Origin: a virus
Taxonomy: Duplodnaviria > Caudoviricetes
DNA length: 30,826 nucleotides
IMG/VR virus record: IMGVR_UViG_3300011336_000379
Coordinates: 1 to 30,826 of that record
Direction: 5' to 3' (one strand)
This document shows positions 9,563 to 18,596 of this stretch, in pieces. Below the pieces are notes generated by a model. It had not been told where the DNA came from and searched no databases. It saw only the letters and a program-made list of their open reading frames with translations. Position 1 is the stretch's first letter. Each line of letters starts with the position of its first letter. A program made the position numbers and the translations under genes.

Positions 9563-10981
9563 TTAGTTAATATTAGCAGCACCTAATAAAGTAGTTATAG
9601 CACTAACTGGACTAACAGAAGCAGCACTTAAACCTAATTGTGGGTTAGAGATTGCAGAAAAACCACCACTTTGAACTACACCACCAATTTGAAACCCATT
9701 ACTAGCATAAGGAGCTTTTACAATCAAAGTAGTAGCTTTAGAATACTCATTTACAGGAGCAGCTGTACTTCTTTCAGAAAGAATGTTTGTTACTTTAACT
9801 GTAGCATAAGCTCTATTAAGTTTAGTATACAAAGTAGGTTGACCATAGTCAGCAGCAAATGCAGCGTTAGCTGTGCTTGAACCTGAATGGAATACAGTAC
9901 CTTCTAGCTCTTCTTCAATTGTTTCTTCAGGAGTACCTATACCAAGTGACCATGAAGTAGCATAAGTTAAAGTAGCGTTAGAGAAACCACCTACACCTAG
10001 AGCTACACGGAAAGTAGTAAAATAATCAGAAGTAGTAATTTTTACACCGTATTGAGTAATAGCTGTAACAGTTTTCATACCTTGAGTTGCATTATCCAAT
10101 CTTACAGCTGAGAAAGTTTCTCCTGTATAAGGTCTATCTAAAGTAATAGTTAGAATGTTAGAAGCAATAGAAGGAGTAGTAGCTACTGAATAAAGCAATC
10201 CACCAATTTCAATAAAGTCACCAGCTGCAATTGTAGTAGCAGTTAAAGTAGTAGAAGTAATAGTTACTGTTTTGCTACCTTTAGTTGCTGAACCAAGTTG
10301 AACAGAAGCTGCACCTGTACCAGTAATTTGAGTACCAATTGCAATAGTAACTTTAGTACCATTAGATACTACATCAGCTACATAAACAGCAGGATTGTTA
10401 GTAAATGGTGAAAAGAAAGTCTTACCTGTATAAGTGTTGTTAATTATTGGAACAATACCTGTTTTAGGATCAGCTAAAATTGAATATACAGTTTCGCTAG
10501 ATGAAGCAGTTGTTCTACTTGCAAGAAGTGAATTCAAAGGGTTAGCTGCAGGTGGAGTAGTGTCTATCAAGTTAATTTGATAATCTTGGTCAGCTGCAAT
10601 AGTAGGGTTATTCAAAGAACCAGTAGTTCCATTATATCCTACATAAACTACAGGTTTAACAGGAGCTGAATAGGGAGAACCTAATATAGTACCTGACAAA
10701 TTACCTGAAATAGGATAAGAAAAAACTTGTGATTTTTTGATAGAAGCATCTCCTTTAGTTCCTGTAACTTTTTGAGCTACATAAAACTTATCTCCTCCAG
10801 ATAGAGCAGAAGTTTTTAGAGTACCATCTTCACCAAATACACCTATTTCTCCATCAGCTAGAGAATCTAAACTTGCAACAAAAGCTGCGTAAGTGGACTT
10901 TGTAGTATAAGCAGCTTCTGAAGCTACAAATACTTCCATGTTTTGTCCTTTCGTGGTTTTACCAAATCGTGTTTTTACCAT
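9563..10981 (-). CDS. Structural protein, probable auxiliary capsid (decoration) protein
   Basis: Thr/Ser/Gly/Ala-rich beta-type composition, codon bias like the MCP, its own terminator, and the position of auxiliary capsid genes in crAss-like phages. Confidence 0.55.
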   Translation of the reverse strand: MVKTRFGKTTKGQNMEVFVASEAAYTTKSTYAAFVASLDSLADGEIGVFGEDGTLKTSALSGGDKFYVAQKVTGTKGDASIKKSQVFSYPISGNLSGTILGSPYSAPVKPVVYVGYNGTTGSLNNPTIAADQDYQINLIDTTPPAANPLNSLLASRTTASSSETVYSILADPKTGIVPIINNTYTGKTFFSPFTNNPAVYVADVVSNGTKVTIAIGTQITGTGAASVQLGSATKGSKTVTITSTTLTATTIAAGDFIEIGGLLYSVATTPSIASNILTITLDRPYTGETFSAVRLDNATQGMKTVTAITQYGVKITTSDYFTTFRVALGVGGFSNATLTYATSWSLGIGTPEETIEEELEGTVFHSGSSTANAAFAADYGQPTLYTKLNRAYATVKVTNILSERSTAAPVNEYSKATTLIVKAPYASNGFQIGGVVQSGGFSAISNPQLGLSAASVSPVSAITTLLGAANIN

Positions 10982-10982
10982 T

Positions 10983-12053
10983 TTATTCGAGATTTAATTT
11001 ATTATCTTGTTGTTTTGTTGTATAAATTGGATTTTCAGTTACCATCATCAAGTATTGAACCGTGTTTTCTACAATCTCTTGATGTGTCTGTTCATTCAAC
11101 TCACACATACGATTCAAACTTAATGATATTTGTCTAGGTTTTCTAATATAATCTATACCTAGTTCACTTATTATAAATGTTGAATCAAAAATTCCATACA
11201 AATTATCGTATGCTAAATAACTTCTTGCAAAATCTTTATTAGGTTTAGCAAAAGGGTCAGCTAACAATTCAGATAAATTAGAATTAACACTTAATATATT
11301 AGGTATAACTCTATCTGATTTTTGTTGAAATAATTCAAAATCAGTTTTAATTACTGATATAGTATTAGTTGCAGAATCATCTACCCTAAGCGTTCCTGTA
11401 AAAAGAATAGGAGAAACAATAATGAAAGAATCTGGTCTATAATAAGACTTATATCTTTCCCAATACAATTTAACAGGAATTTCGTTATTAAATCCATAAA
11501 TATTTACATCTTCTAAAACTAAATTTATTAAATAAAATTTTTCTAAAGGTGAACTATATACTTTAGAATAGTCTGTATTATTAAACAATATTAATGTTTT
11601 AGGAATAACATTAGTATAATTTAAAGTAATGTTAAAATCGTTATAAAATTGAGAAGTCTTAGTTGAATTAGGAAACTTAACAAAACCTACATATTCTGAA
11701 GATTGTTCTGTTACAGCAAAATCTTTATTACAATCTGTATAAATTTTACTATAATCTCTAATTAGTTGAAGATAGTCTGATGGTAAAGGTATGTAACCTG
11801 TATTACTATTTAATTTAATAACTCTAGCAGAATAGTTAGGTACAATTAAATCAGATATATCATCTAACATTTTTTGGTCAAGAGCAAACCCAGTATTTGT
11901 TTCTGTACGTTTAATTCTTGATTTTACATATCTTTCTTGATTAACATTTAGTGCCCAATCAATCTCTTCAGGTAAGAAATTCCTATTTTGATTAGAATTT
12001 ACTTTTTGAAGAGATTGACGAACAGCTATATGTAATTCTTTAACAGTTTGCAT
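10983..12053 (-). CDS. Tail ring/head-tail connector protein
   Basis: FLPEEIDWALN..QERYVK, LPSDYL and DYIRKPR..SL..CEL.E..HQEIVE.TV motifs resemble crAss-like ring proteins encoded downstream of the MCP. Confidence 0.7.
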   Translation of the reverse strand: MQTVKELHIAVRQSLQKVNSNQNRNFLPEEIDWALNVNQERYVKSRIKRTETNTGFALDQKMLDDISDLIVPNYSARVIKLNSNTGYIPLPSDYLQLIRDYSKIYTDCNKDFAVTEQSSEYVGFVKFPNSTKTSQFYNDFNITLNYTNVIPKTLILFNNTDYSKVYSSPLEKFYLINLVLEDVNIYGFNNEIPVKLYWERYKSYYRPDSFIIVSPILFTGTLRVDDSATNTISVIKTDFELFQQKSDRVIPNILSVNSNLSELLADPFAKPNKDFARSYLAYDNLYGIFDSTFIISELGIDYIRKPRQISLSLNRMCELNEQTHQEIVENTVQYLMMVTENPIYTTKQQDNKLNLE

Positions 12054-12312
12054 CTAAAACTTTTATTTTAATACCGTTATCTAAATACACTATTTTAACT
12101 AACTCTTTAAAATCAATATCTAATATATGCTCATCTCCACTACAAAATATTACGATAGTATCTTTTGTCATTTCCCCTTCTTCATTTAAAAAAGGTCTAA
12201 TACTTTCAATACTATCTGTATTAATAAATATAGGACATTTTATTTCAGAATGTTCTACACCTAAACTATCTAATTTTTCATTAATTAATACGGTATTAGT
12301 TCTAATTATCAT
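12040..12312 (-). CDS. Hypothetical protein (small beta-rich fold)
   Basis: 90 aa, tightly coupled to both neighbours in the operon. Confidence 0.65.
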   Translation of the reverse strand: MIIRTNTVLINEKLDSLGVEHSEIKCPIFINTDSIESIRPFLNEEGEMTKDTIVIFCSGDEHILDIDFKELVKIVYLDNGIKIKVLDANC

Positions 12313-12314
12313 AA

Positions 12315-13181
12315 TTAGTCTGTTTCTATAGGTGATTTAAGTGATGCTTTAATTTTATTAAGTTCAGGAGCATTTGCTTTATCTTTTAAATTAACAAGTA
12401 CTTCTTCCATAGTAGCACCAAGTGATGTACCAGATTCATTCCATACTATATTAGTACCAATTCGTTTTAATACTCCTTGTGATATTGCTTGAGAAAGTAG
12501 ATACCTTAATTTAATATCTTTATCTTCAATCAATCTAATAAATTCAACTGGTTTACTTTCAGATAGTTTTTTAAACTCTAGTGCTTTTTTAGCTTCTGTA
12601 GTTTTTACGTTAGCTAAATCAAGAACCATATTAACTGTTTTTGCAACATCTTTATTCAACAAATACAATTGAGCTGCTTTGTCTTTTATTGCAATAATTT
12701 GTTTTTCTCTATTTAATTCTGCATCTGGATCTTCAATATACCATTTAATCAATTGATTACCTTCAGCACTACCTTTTGATTTTGCTACTTGAGGATGTCC
12801 TAGTGCATGTCTGTATGCAACATAATGTACAGGATAAAGAGGAAGATTAATTTCAGATAATGGTTTAGTATTATCATGCAATCCTATTTCTAATTCAATT
12901 CCTTCTTTAGGAACTTTAGTGTTAATTGCATCAAAGTATTCTTCACATTTTGTTCTAAAATCTCTATCTGTTGCTTCACAATTTAATATAACAGGCATTA
13001 AAATTCTTTGTTCTTCGTAAGTTAAACCAGAACCTGCTTTAACAGTTCCCCTATCCCAATAAGCACCTATTGGTCTTGAAGAATCTCCCATCATTTCTTC
13101 AATGTCTTTTTGTGTGTAATCACCAATTACAATTTTTCTTTTAATGACTACTCTTCTTGAACTTGGATCATTATTAATCAT
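12315..13181 (-). CDS. Conserved crAss-like protein downstream of the MCP, function unknown
   Basis: 288 aa with GLTYEEQ, YRHALGHPQVA and C-terminal AISQGVL...GTSLGATMEEV. Conserved synteny. Confidence 0.65.
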   Translation of the reverse strand: MINNDPSSRRVVIKRKIVIGDYTQKDIEEMMGDSSRPIGAYWDRGTVKAGSGLTYEEQRILMPVILNCEATDRDFRTKCEEYFDAINTKVPKEGIELEIGLHDNTKPLSEINLPLYPVHYVAYRHALGHPQVAKSKGSAEGNQLIKWYIEDPDAELNREKQIIAIKDKAAQLYLLNKDVAKTVNMVLDLANVKTTEAKKALEFKKLSESKPVEFIRLIEDKDIKLRYLLSQAISQGVLKRIGTNIVWNESGTSLGATMEEVLVNLKDKANAPELNKIKASLKSPIETD

Positions 13182-13250
13182 AGTATATTTTTTGTTATTA
13201 CTTAATTGTTATTTTACAAATATTTTGCAAAGTAACAAGTTATTATTAAT

Positions 13251-13286
13251 AAAACAAAAATCCCTTCCTAAAAGAAAGGGATTTTG
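13251..13286 (-). terminator. Rho-independent terminator after the MCP
   Basis: Minus strand CAAAATCCCTT-TCTTTTAGG-AAGGGATTTT followed by TGTTTT. Confidence 0.75.
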
Positions 13287-13318
13287 CATTTTACTACACT
13301 ATGAAAAACAAAAAACAA

Positions 13319-14839
13319 TTACTGAACCATTTCAAAATGGAAACATTTGTTTGAACGAAGTAGTTGAACACCACCTACTTTCAAACGGTGATAAGAAGCA
13401 GAGTCTACATCAGAAGATATTATACCATCTGAACCACCAAACATTTGTTGAAGTGATTTAGGAACTGGAGCCATACCTTTGATAATACCATGTTGCATTT
13501 CATCACGTCCTTCCAAAGTAACATATTGTAGGTTAGGTTGTCCTTGATAAACTGAATCATCAATAAACACCATACGATATGATTCTAGAGGATAACCTGT
13601 TTCAGGATGTACAACACCACCTACACGTTGAGCTTCAGCAATGTAACCCATATCAAATACAGGGTTGTGTTTTACTTTGATAGTATAACCATCAATATGA
13701 GCAAAACCATTGAAGAAACCACCTAGTTCTAGATCCCAACCTGAACCTTTAATAAACTTCTCATTATTATCAGCGTAATTAGGAACAAGACCAGTAGCAC
13801 CTAGAGCTTTAGATTTAAGCGCACGGTCAATTTCTCTCATACCACCTCTACCTGTATAAAGGGTAATTGACATATTAGAAGTATCTGACTGACCAAATAG
13901 AGCAGTTCCTATTTTAGTAGTAAGAAGGTCATAAGACAAACGAGTGTAAGTAGAATAGTTACCAATTTGCTCCAACAAACCTGAACCTGTAGGAATAGGT
14001 TTACCAGTAATAGCATCTTTCAATTCTACCAAACCATTATCTTGACGATTGTAATGTGAATACCAATACATGTGCTCACACTCATTCAACCAAGCTTTTT
14101 CAAACTGATACATGAAATAATCCATCCAAAGATTAGTTTCACCACTATCAGTTTTAAGTTTCATTGACATTGCTCTGTTAGCTGAGTTACCTGCCCATGA
14201 CATAGACTTACGAATATGTGTCATTTGGTTTTTCACTTTACCAGGAGCAACCATTTTGTGTTCAGTACCACGAGATTCTGATTCTGCAACAGCTGCAAAA
14301 AGTTCAATCCAAGCAGTACCTCCAGCAAGCTCTGAATCAGGACAAAAATCAGTTACTGAACCTGAAGCTAATTGACAAGTATATTCATACTGTCCATCTA
14401 CAAAAATAGGATCACCCAAAACACGAGCTTGCAAACCACGTCCTGATTGGATAATATACTGACGTTTAATCCAGTTATCAGTAAAGCGAAGTTTAAAAGT
14501 AGTAAATCCAATACCAGGAGTAGCACTTGTATTAATAGACCCTGAAGCTAAACAGTCTACTGCTAGACGAGATGCTTTAAAATCTCTACCCATGATAGGA
14601 TAAGTGTACTGAATGTCTTTCATTTTAGAAACTTTTCCTCCTGCTTTTCCAAGTATGTCTGAAGCTACAGCCATTGAAATAGGAAAGTTGTTTCCATAAT
14701 CACCCAACATATAAATTACCTGTGAGGTTAGCTCATCAGGTTTACCATGACGTTGGTTATAAAAATTATCTTCATCCAACATTGACTTTGGATCGAAGAT
14801 CATTTCTTGCATGGTAAGTTTAATAGGAAATCCTTGCAT
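13319..14839 (-). CDS. Major capsid protein (HK97 fold, crAss-like)
   Basis: 506 aa with NQMTHIRKS, GSGLLEQI, LYTGRGGM, HIDGYTIKVKHNPVFD and HPETGYPLESYRMVFID. Strong codon bias; located two genes after the portal. Confidence 0.9.
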   Translation of the reverse strand: MQGFPIKLTMQEMIFDPKSMLDEDNFYNQRHGKPDELTSQVIYMLGDYGNNFPISMAVASDILGKAGGKVSKMKDIQYTYPIMGRDFKASRLAVDCLASGSINTSATPGIGFTTFKLRFTDNWIKRQYIIQSGRGLQARVLGDPIFVDGQYEYTCQLASGSVTDFCPDSELAGGTAWIELFAAVAESESRGTEHKMVAPGKVKNQMTHIRKSMSWAGNSANRAMSMKLKTDSGETNLWMDYFMYQFEKAWLNECEHMYWYSHYNRQDNGLVELKDAITGKPIPTGSGLLEQIGNYSTYTRLSYDLLTTKIGTALFGQSDTSNMSITLYTGRGGMREIDRALKSKALGATGLVPNYADNNEKFIKGSGWDLELGGFFNGFAHIDGYTIKVKHNPVFDMGYIAEAQRVGGVVHPETGYPLESYRMVFIDDSVYQGQPNLQYVTLEGRDEMQHGIIKGMAPVPKSLQQMFGGSDGIISSDVDSASYHRLKVGGVQLLRSNKCFHFEMVQ

Positions 14840-14881
14840 TTTAATAAAGGGGTTTAGGTTTACATTAAATTCTATGCAAAT

Positions 14882-14916
14882 AAAAAAAGGATTTGATTAA
14901 TTATCAAACCCTTTTT
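14882..14916 (-). terminator. Terminator-like hairpin between the scaffold-like gene and the MCP
   Basis: Minus strand AAAAAGGGTTTGAT-AATTA-ATCAAATCCTTTTTTT, with A/T tracts on both sides. Confidence 0.6.
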
Positions 14917-14949
14917 AAACACTTATATTTATAAATGTTAAAACAATTT

Positions 14950-16065
14950 TTAACTACCTAATTTCAATTTATTTTTTAATTCTTGATTCCAAGTAGGTTT
15001 AGATGGATGTTCTTTATCTATTCCACCACTAGCAAATGATTCTCTAATATTAGATTTTAGTTTTTTAGCATTTTCAGTAATTGCTTGTCTAACTACTATA
15101 TCTTTTAAATTACCATTTTTATACCTAAAGTATTCAGTTTGCAATTGTCTATTTAATTTGTTAATATCTTTTTCAAGAGGAACAACAGCATAAAAATTAC
15201 CATCGCTATATTGAATGTTATTAGCTAGAAACTCATAAAATCCTTTTTTATCTTTTTCATTAATAACAAAATCACCAATTTGTCCTTTTACTACAACATC
15301 TTCTATAACAGAACCAAATTGATTTATTTCTTGTTGTTGATTTTGTTTTTCTTTTTCTATTAATTCAAGTTCTTGTTGAAACTTATATTCCTGTTCTTCT
15401 TTTAATCTTTTTAAAGATTCTTGAGATTCAGTATACAAATCACCTGAATTATAAATAGTTTTTACTAATGCTTCAATCCTTTTTTCACTTACTCCTTGTG
15501 CGCGCATATCTTCTTTAAGAATTGCTTTTTGCATATCTTCATCTTCCTCATCAATAGAAAGATTAGCATAATCAAAAGAAGTTTCTTTATACAATATAGA
15601 AGGGTCTTTACCTTCTTGACGAAGTATAAGTGCTTGGTATTCTTTAGGATATCTTTGTGCTAATTCAGATTCAAAATCTTCAATTCCTTTATCTCTAAAT
15701 GCTTTTGCATAAATCAAAGCACCTTCAGGAGATACAGGGTCTATATTACCAAAATCTACTTCAATAGATTCACCTGCTAATTTTTCTAAATCTCCCCAAA
15801 AAGATTCTTGTTCAGGAGTTTCTGTATCTTCTTCTTCTTTATTAGATAGTAAATCTTGTAAAGAAGTATTTTGTACAGATTCTTCTTTTTTCCTTGGTTT
15901 CTTTTCTTCTACAGGAGGTGTAGTAACAGGATTGACAACTGTCTGCTCTATAGTAGGAGTTTCTTCTACATTTTCTATTATTGGAGCAGTATCTGTTTGA
16001 TTTACAGTAGTATCTGTTTCAGACGTACTTGTACTAATTAAATCTTTTAATGATTTTTGTGACAT
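14950..16065 (-). CDS. Acidic coiled-coil protein between portal and MCP (putative scaffolding protein)
   Basis: Glu-rich, low-complexity N-terminus and helical C-terminus, at the canonical portal-X-MCP position. Confidence 0.6.
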   Translation of the reverse strand: MSQKSLKDLISTSTSETDTTVNQTDTAPIIENVEETPTIEQTVVNPVTTPPVEEKKPRKKEESVQNTSLQDLLSNKEEEDTETPEQESFWGDLEKLAGESIEVDFGNIDPVSPEGALIYAKAFRDKGIEDFESELAQRYPKEYQALILRQEGKDPSILYKETSFDYANLSIDEEDEDMQKAILKEDMRAQGVSEKRIEALVKTIYNSGDLYTESQESLKRLKEEQEYKFQQELELIEKEKQNQQQEINQFGSVIEDVVVKGQIGDFVINEKDKKGFYEFLANNIQYSDGNFYAVVPLEKDINKLNRQLQTEYFRYKNGNLKDIVVRQAITENAKKLKSNIRESFASGGIDKEHPSKPTWNQELKNKLKLGS

Positions 16066-16089
16066 AGCTTATATTGTTTTGTTTAATTG

Positions 16090-16097
16090 CAAAATTA
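16090..16097 (-). promoter_or_regulatory. Bacteroidota-type -7 promoter box TAATTTTG
   Basis: Matches TAnnTTTG in the gap between portal and the scaffold-like gene. Confidence 0.5.
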
Positions 16098-16098
16098 A

Positions 16099-18561
16099 TT
16101 ATTTTTTAGAACTTTTATTTCTACTCTTAGCAGCTATTTTACTAACTTCTACTTGTTTATCAGCTCTATATTTTTCAGCAGCTACTTTCATTTTAGTCTG
16201 CTCATGTCTTAAGTTAATATCTTTTTCTTTTAAGTCAAGCTCTTTTTTATGTAATGTTAGTTTATCTAACTGATCTAACCTAGTATTATAAAGTTTTTCT
16301 CTATCTATAGCTCGTTTTTGAACTTCGTTAATATCCAAAATACCATTGTTATTTACATCACCATCGTTATCTCCAGTAGCTTTAATATTTTCAATTTCCA
16401 TTTTAATATCCCCTTCAATATACGCTAGTTGTTCTTCTCTATTGTATTTAAGATTTATTTCTCTTTCAGTAAATATAGCTTGAATTTCAGCTTGTTGCTG
16501 TTGTAACAATAACATTTCTTTTTCATGTTCTTGCTGAGTTATTTTTTCATTTTGAGCTTGTCTTTCTAATTGCTCTTGCTCTTTTCTTTCAATCTCTCTC
16601 AACACATGTTTAATCTTAGCAGTATTTTCAGCTTCTAATACTTCAATAGCAGAAGACATTTTACCACCATTTTGTAAATAAGGTTGAATTAATTGTTTTA
16701 AAGAATCTAATCTTTCTTTTTGTTTAGAGTTGTTCATAACCCTTATGCTCAAATCTAAATAAGAATATACTTCAGGATTAATGTTAATCAACTCTAATCT
16801 TCTATCATTAGAATAAGTCAATGACTTATATCCTTCTCTATATGCTACTCTTGACAAATCTAATAATCCTTGCAATTCTCTTTGCAAAAACTCTTCATGT
16901 TTAATAAACAAATCTTCTGTAATTACAGCTGATGCGTATGCAGCATTAGTAGCGTTAGTTGCTGTTTCTGATGCAGCAATTTCTCCCAACCTTTGTTGAG
17001 AAAACCCAATCGTATCAAAACATTGCTGTCTAATCCAATCCATTAATCTAATCATGCTTTGTATATCTTCATACAATCGCATATCTAATACTTGGTATTG
17101 ATTAAATGCTCTATCTGCTTGTCTGTTAGACCTATCAATTAACGCAAACCCAAGAGTATCAGCATAATAGAAAAATTTCTCTTCATCCCATTCAGCATCT
17201 TGTGGTATAACAGCTTTATCTAACAAAAGAATTTTATCTTTTGATTTAGCTATCATCCTTTCTAACCTATAATTACAAATAATAAATAGTTTAACCCATT
17301 CTATCATTAGTTCATATATAGATACGTTAGATGCATGGTCATCAGAATAACATCTACCATTAATAGGTAATTTACATCTTGAAATATTATTTAATTCATT
17401 TCTTTGGTAAGGTAATGGTCTAATACCTAAAAAATCTTCTCTACCAATTTTATATCCTTCCCAAACTTCATTAACCCATTTCCATTCAATCTTCTCATCT
17501 CTTTCACGATTTCGTACATAATCTTCAGATACTACATCTTCAAACTTTTGTCCAAACTCATCAATCCATGATACAAAACCTACTTTCTTTTGTGATTTCC
17601 AAGTTACATAATAAACTGGTATTTTATTCAATATCAAACTATCAAAATTCCTTGTACGAATATCAGTTAAAAAGTTAGCAATATAAGTACCGTTTACATA
17701 GTTTTGAGTATCAAGTTTTTCTAATTGTTTTTCTTCTATTTCTTTATAAAATCTATCTACTACTTCTCCAGGTGTTAATAATAATCTTCTAATTGCTACT
17801 TCACCATCTTCTATATAAGGAGAATAATACGATTTAATATACCATAAATCTAAAGGACTAATTCTTTCATATTCTATTTGGTCATCTCGTACATCTTTTT
17901 GTGAATACTCTTCTCCTGCTATTACAAAGTCTTTAAACATCCACCTAGTTTTTTCAAAGAAATAAGTAGAGTTAATAATATTTCGCAATAACTTATCAGC
18001 TTCAATTACTTCAGAATCAATATAATTATCGTCAAATTGAGCTTTTAGTTTATCAGGCATTGGTACTTCCTGTTGTTGTGCTTGAGCATTTTTAAATATT
18101 TCAGGATCCAAAGCATTAATAAAATGTTGTTTTAAATTATCATGCATTACTGCAGTTAATTGCTCAAAATATTTATTATATCCTTCTTCACCAATTTTAT
18201 CTACAAACCAACTAAAAGGTCTTTTAGTATATTCACCTAACAATTTTTCAATTACAGGTCTAGCTATATTTGTTTTTCTAATAATAGCTGGTTGTGTTTT
18301 AAATGCTTCATTCTGATTATTAAATGGATTTAATATAGGAGCAAACCATTCATCAGGAATTTGGTTATTATGTATTTTATATAATAAAGCTAAATCTTTT
18401 TTAGCACCTATTTTAGATGTGTATTCTGAATAAAAATACGCATGCTTCAAATAGTAATTCATGTTATCTTTACCCCATTGATTATCGTTTGCTATTTTTT
18501 CAGCATAAGTTAATCTTTGTTGAGGTTTTAATTGAAGATTTTTAGCATCAGTTAAATTCAT
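16099..18561 (-). CDS. Portal protein
   Basis: 820 aa directly after TerL, with LLGEYTKRPF, WKSQKKVG, WVNEVWEG, CKLPING and GFSQQRLG motifs and a coiled-coil C-terminus. Confidence 0.9.
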   Translation of the reverse strand: MNLTDAKNLQLKPQQRLTYAEKIANDNQWGKDNMNYYLKHAYFYSEYTSKIGAKKDLALLYKIHNNQIPDEWFAPILNPFNNQNEAFKTQPAIIRKTNIARPVIEKLLGEYTKRPFSWFVDKIGEEGYNKYFEQLTAVMHDNLKQHFINALDPEIFKNAQAQQQEVPMPDKLKAQFDDNYIDSEVIEADKLLRNIINSTYFFEKTRWMFKDFVIAGEEYSQKDVRDDQIEYERISPLDLWYIKSYYSPYIEDGEVAIRRLLLTPGEVVDRFYKEIEEKQLEKLDTQNYVNGTYIANFLTDIRTRNFDSLILNKIPVYYVTWKSQKKVGFVSWIDEFGQKFEDVVSEDYVRNRERDEKIEWKWVNEVWEGYKIGREDFLGIRPLPYQRNELNNISRCKLPINGRCYSDDHASNVSIYELMIEWVKLFIICNYRLERMIAKSKDKILLLDKAVIPQDAEWDEEKFFYYADTLGFALIDRSNRQADRAFNQYQVLDMRLYEDIQSMIRLMDWIRQQCFDTIGFSQQRLGEIAASETATNATNAAYASAVITEDLFIKHEEFLQRELQGLLDLSRVAYREGYKSLTYSNDRRLELININPEVYSYLDLSIRVMNNSKQKERLDSLKQLIQPYLQNGGKMSSAIEVLEAENTAKIKHVLREIERKEQEQLERQAQNEKITQQEHEKEMLLLQQQQAEIQAIFTEREINLKYNREEQLAYIEGDIKMEIENIKATGDNDGDVNNNGILDINEVQKRAIDREKLYNTRLDQLDKLTLHKKELDLKEKDINLRHEQTKMKVAAEKYRADKQVEVSKIAAKSRNKSSKK

Positions 18562-18578
18562 TTACAATATATTTTACA

Positions 18579-18586
18579 CAAAGTTA
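18579..18586 (-). promoter_or_regulatory. Bacteroidota-type -7 promoter box TAACTTTG
   Basis: Matches TAnnTTTG in the 35-bp gap between TerL and portal. Confidence 0.55.
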
Positions 18587-18596
18587 AAATTATTTT

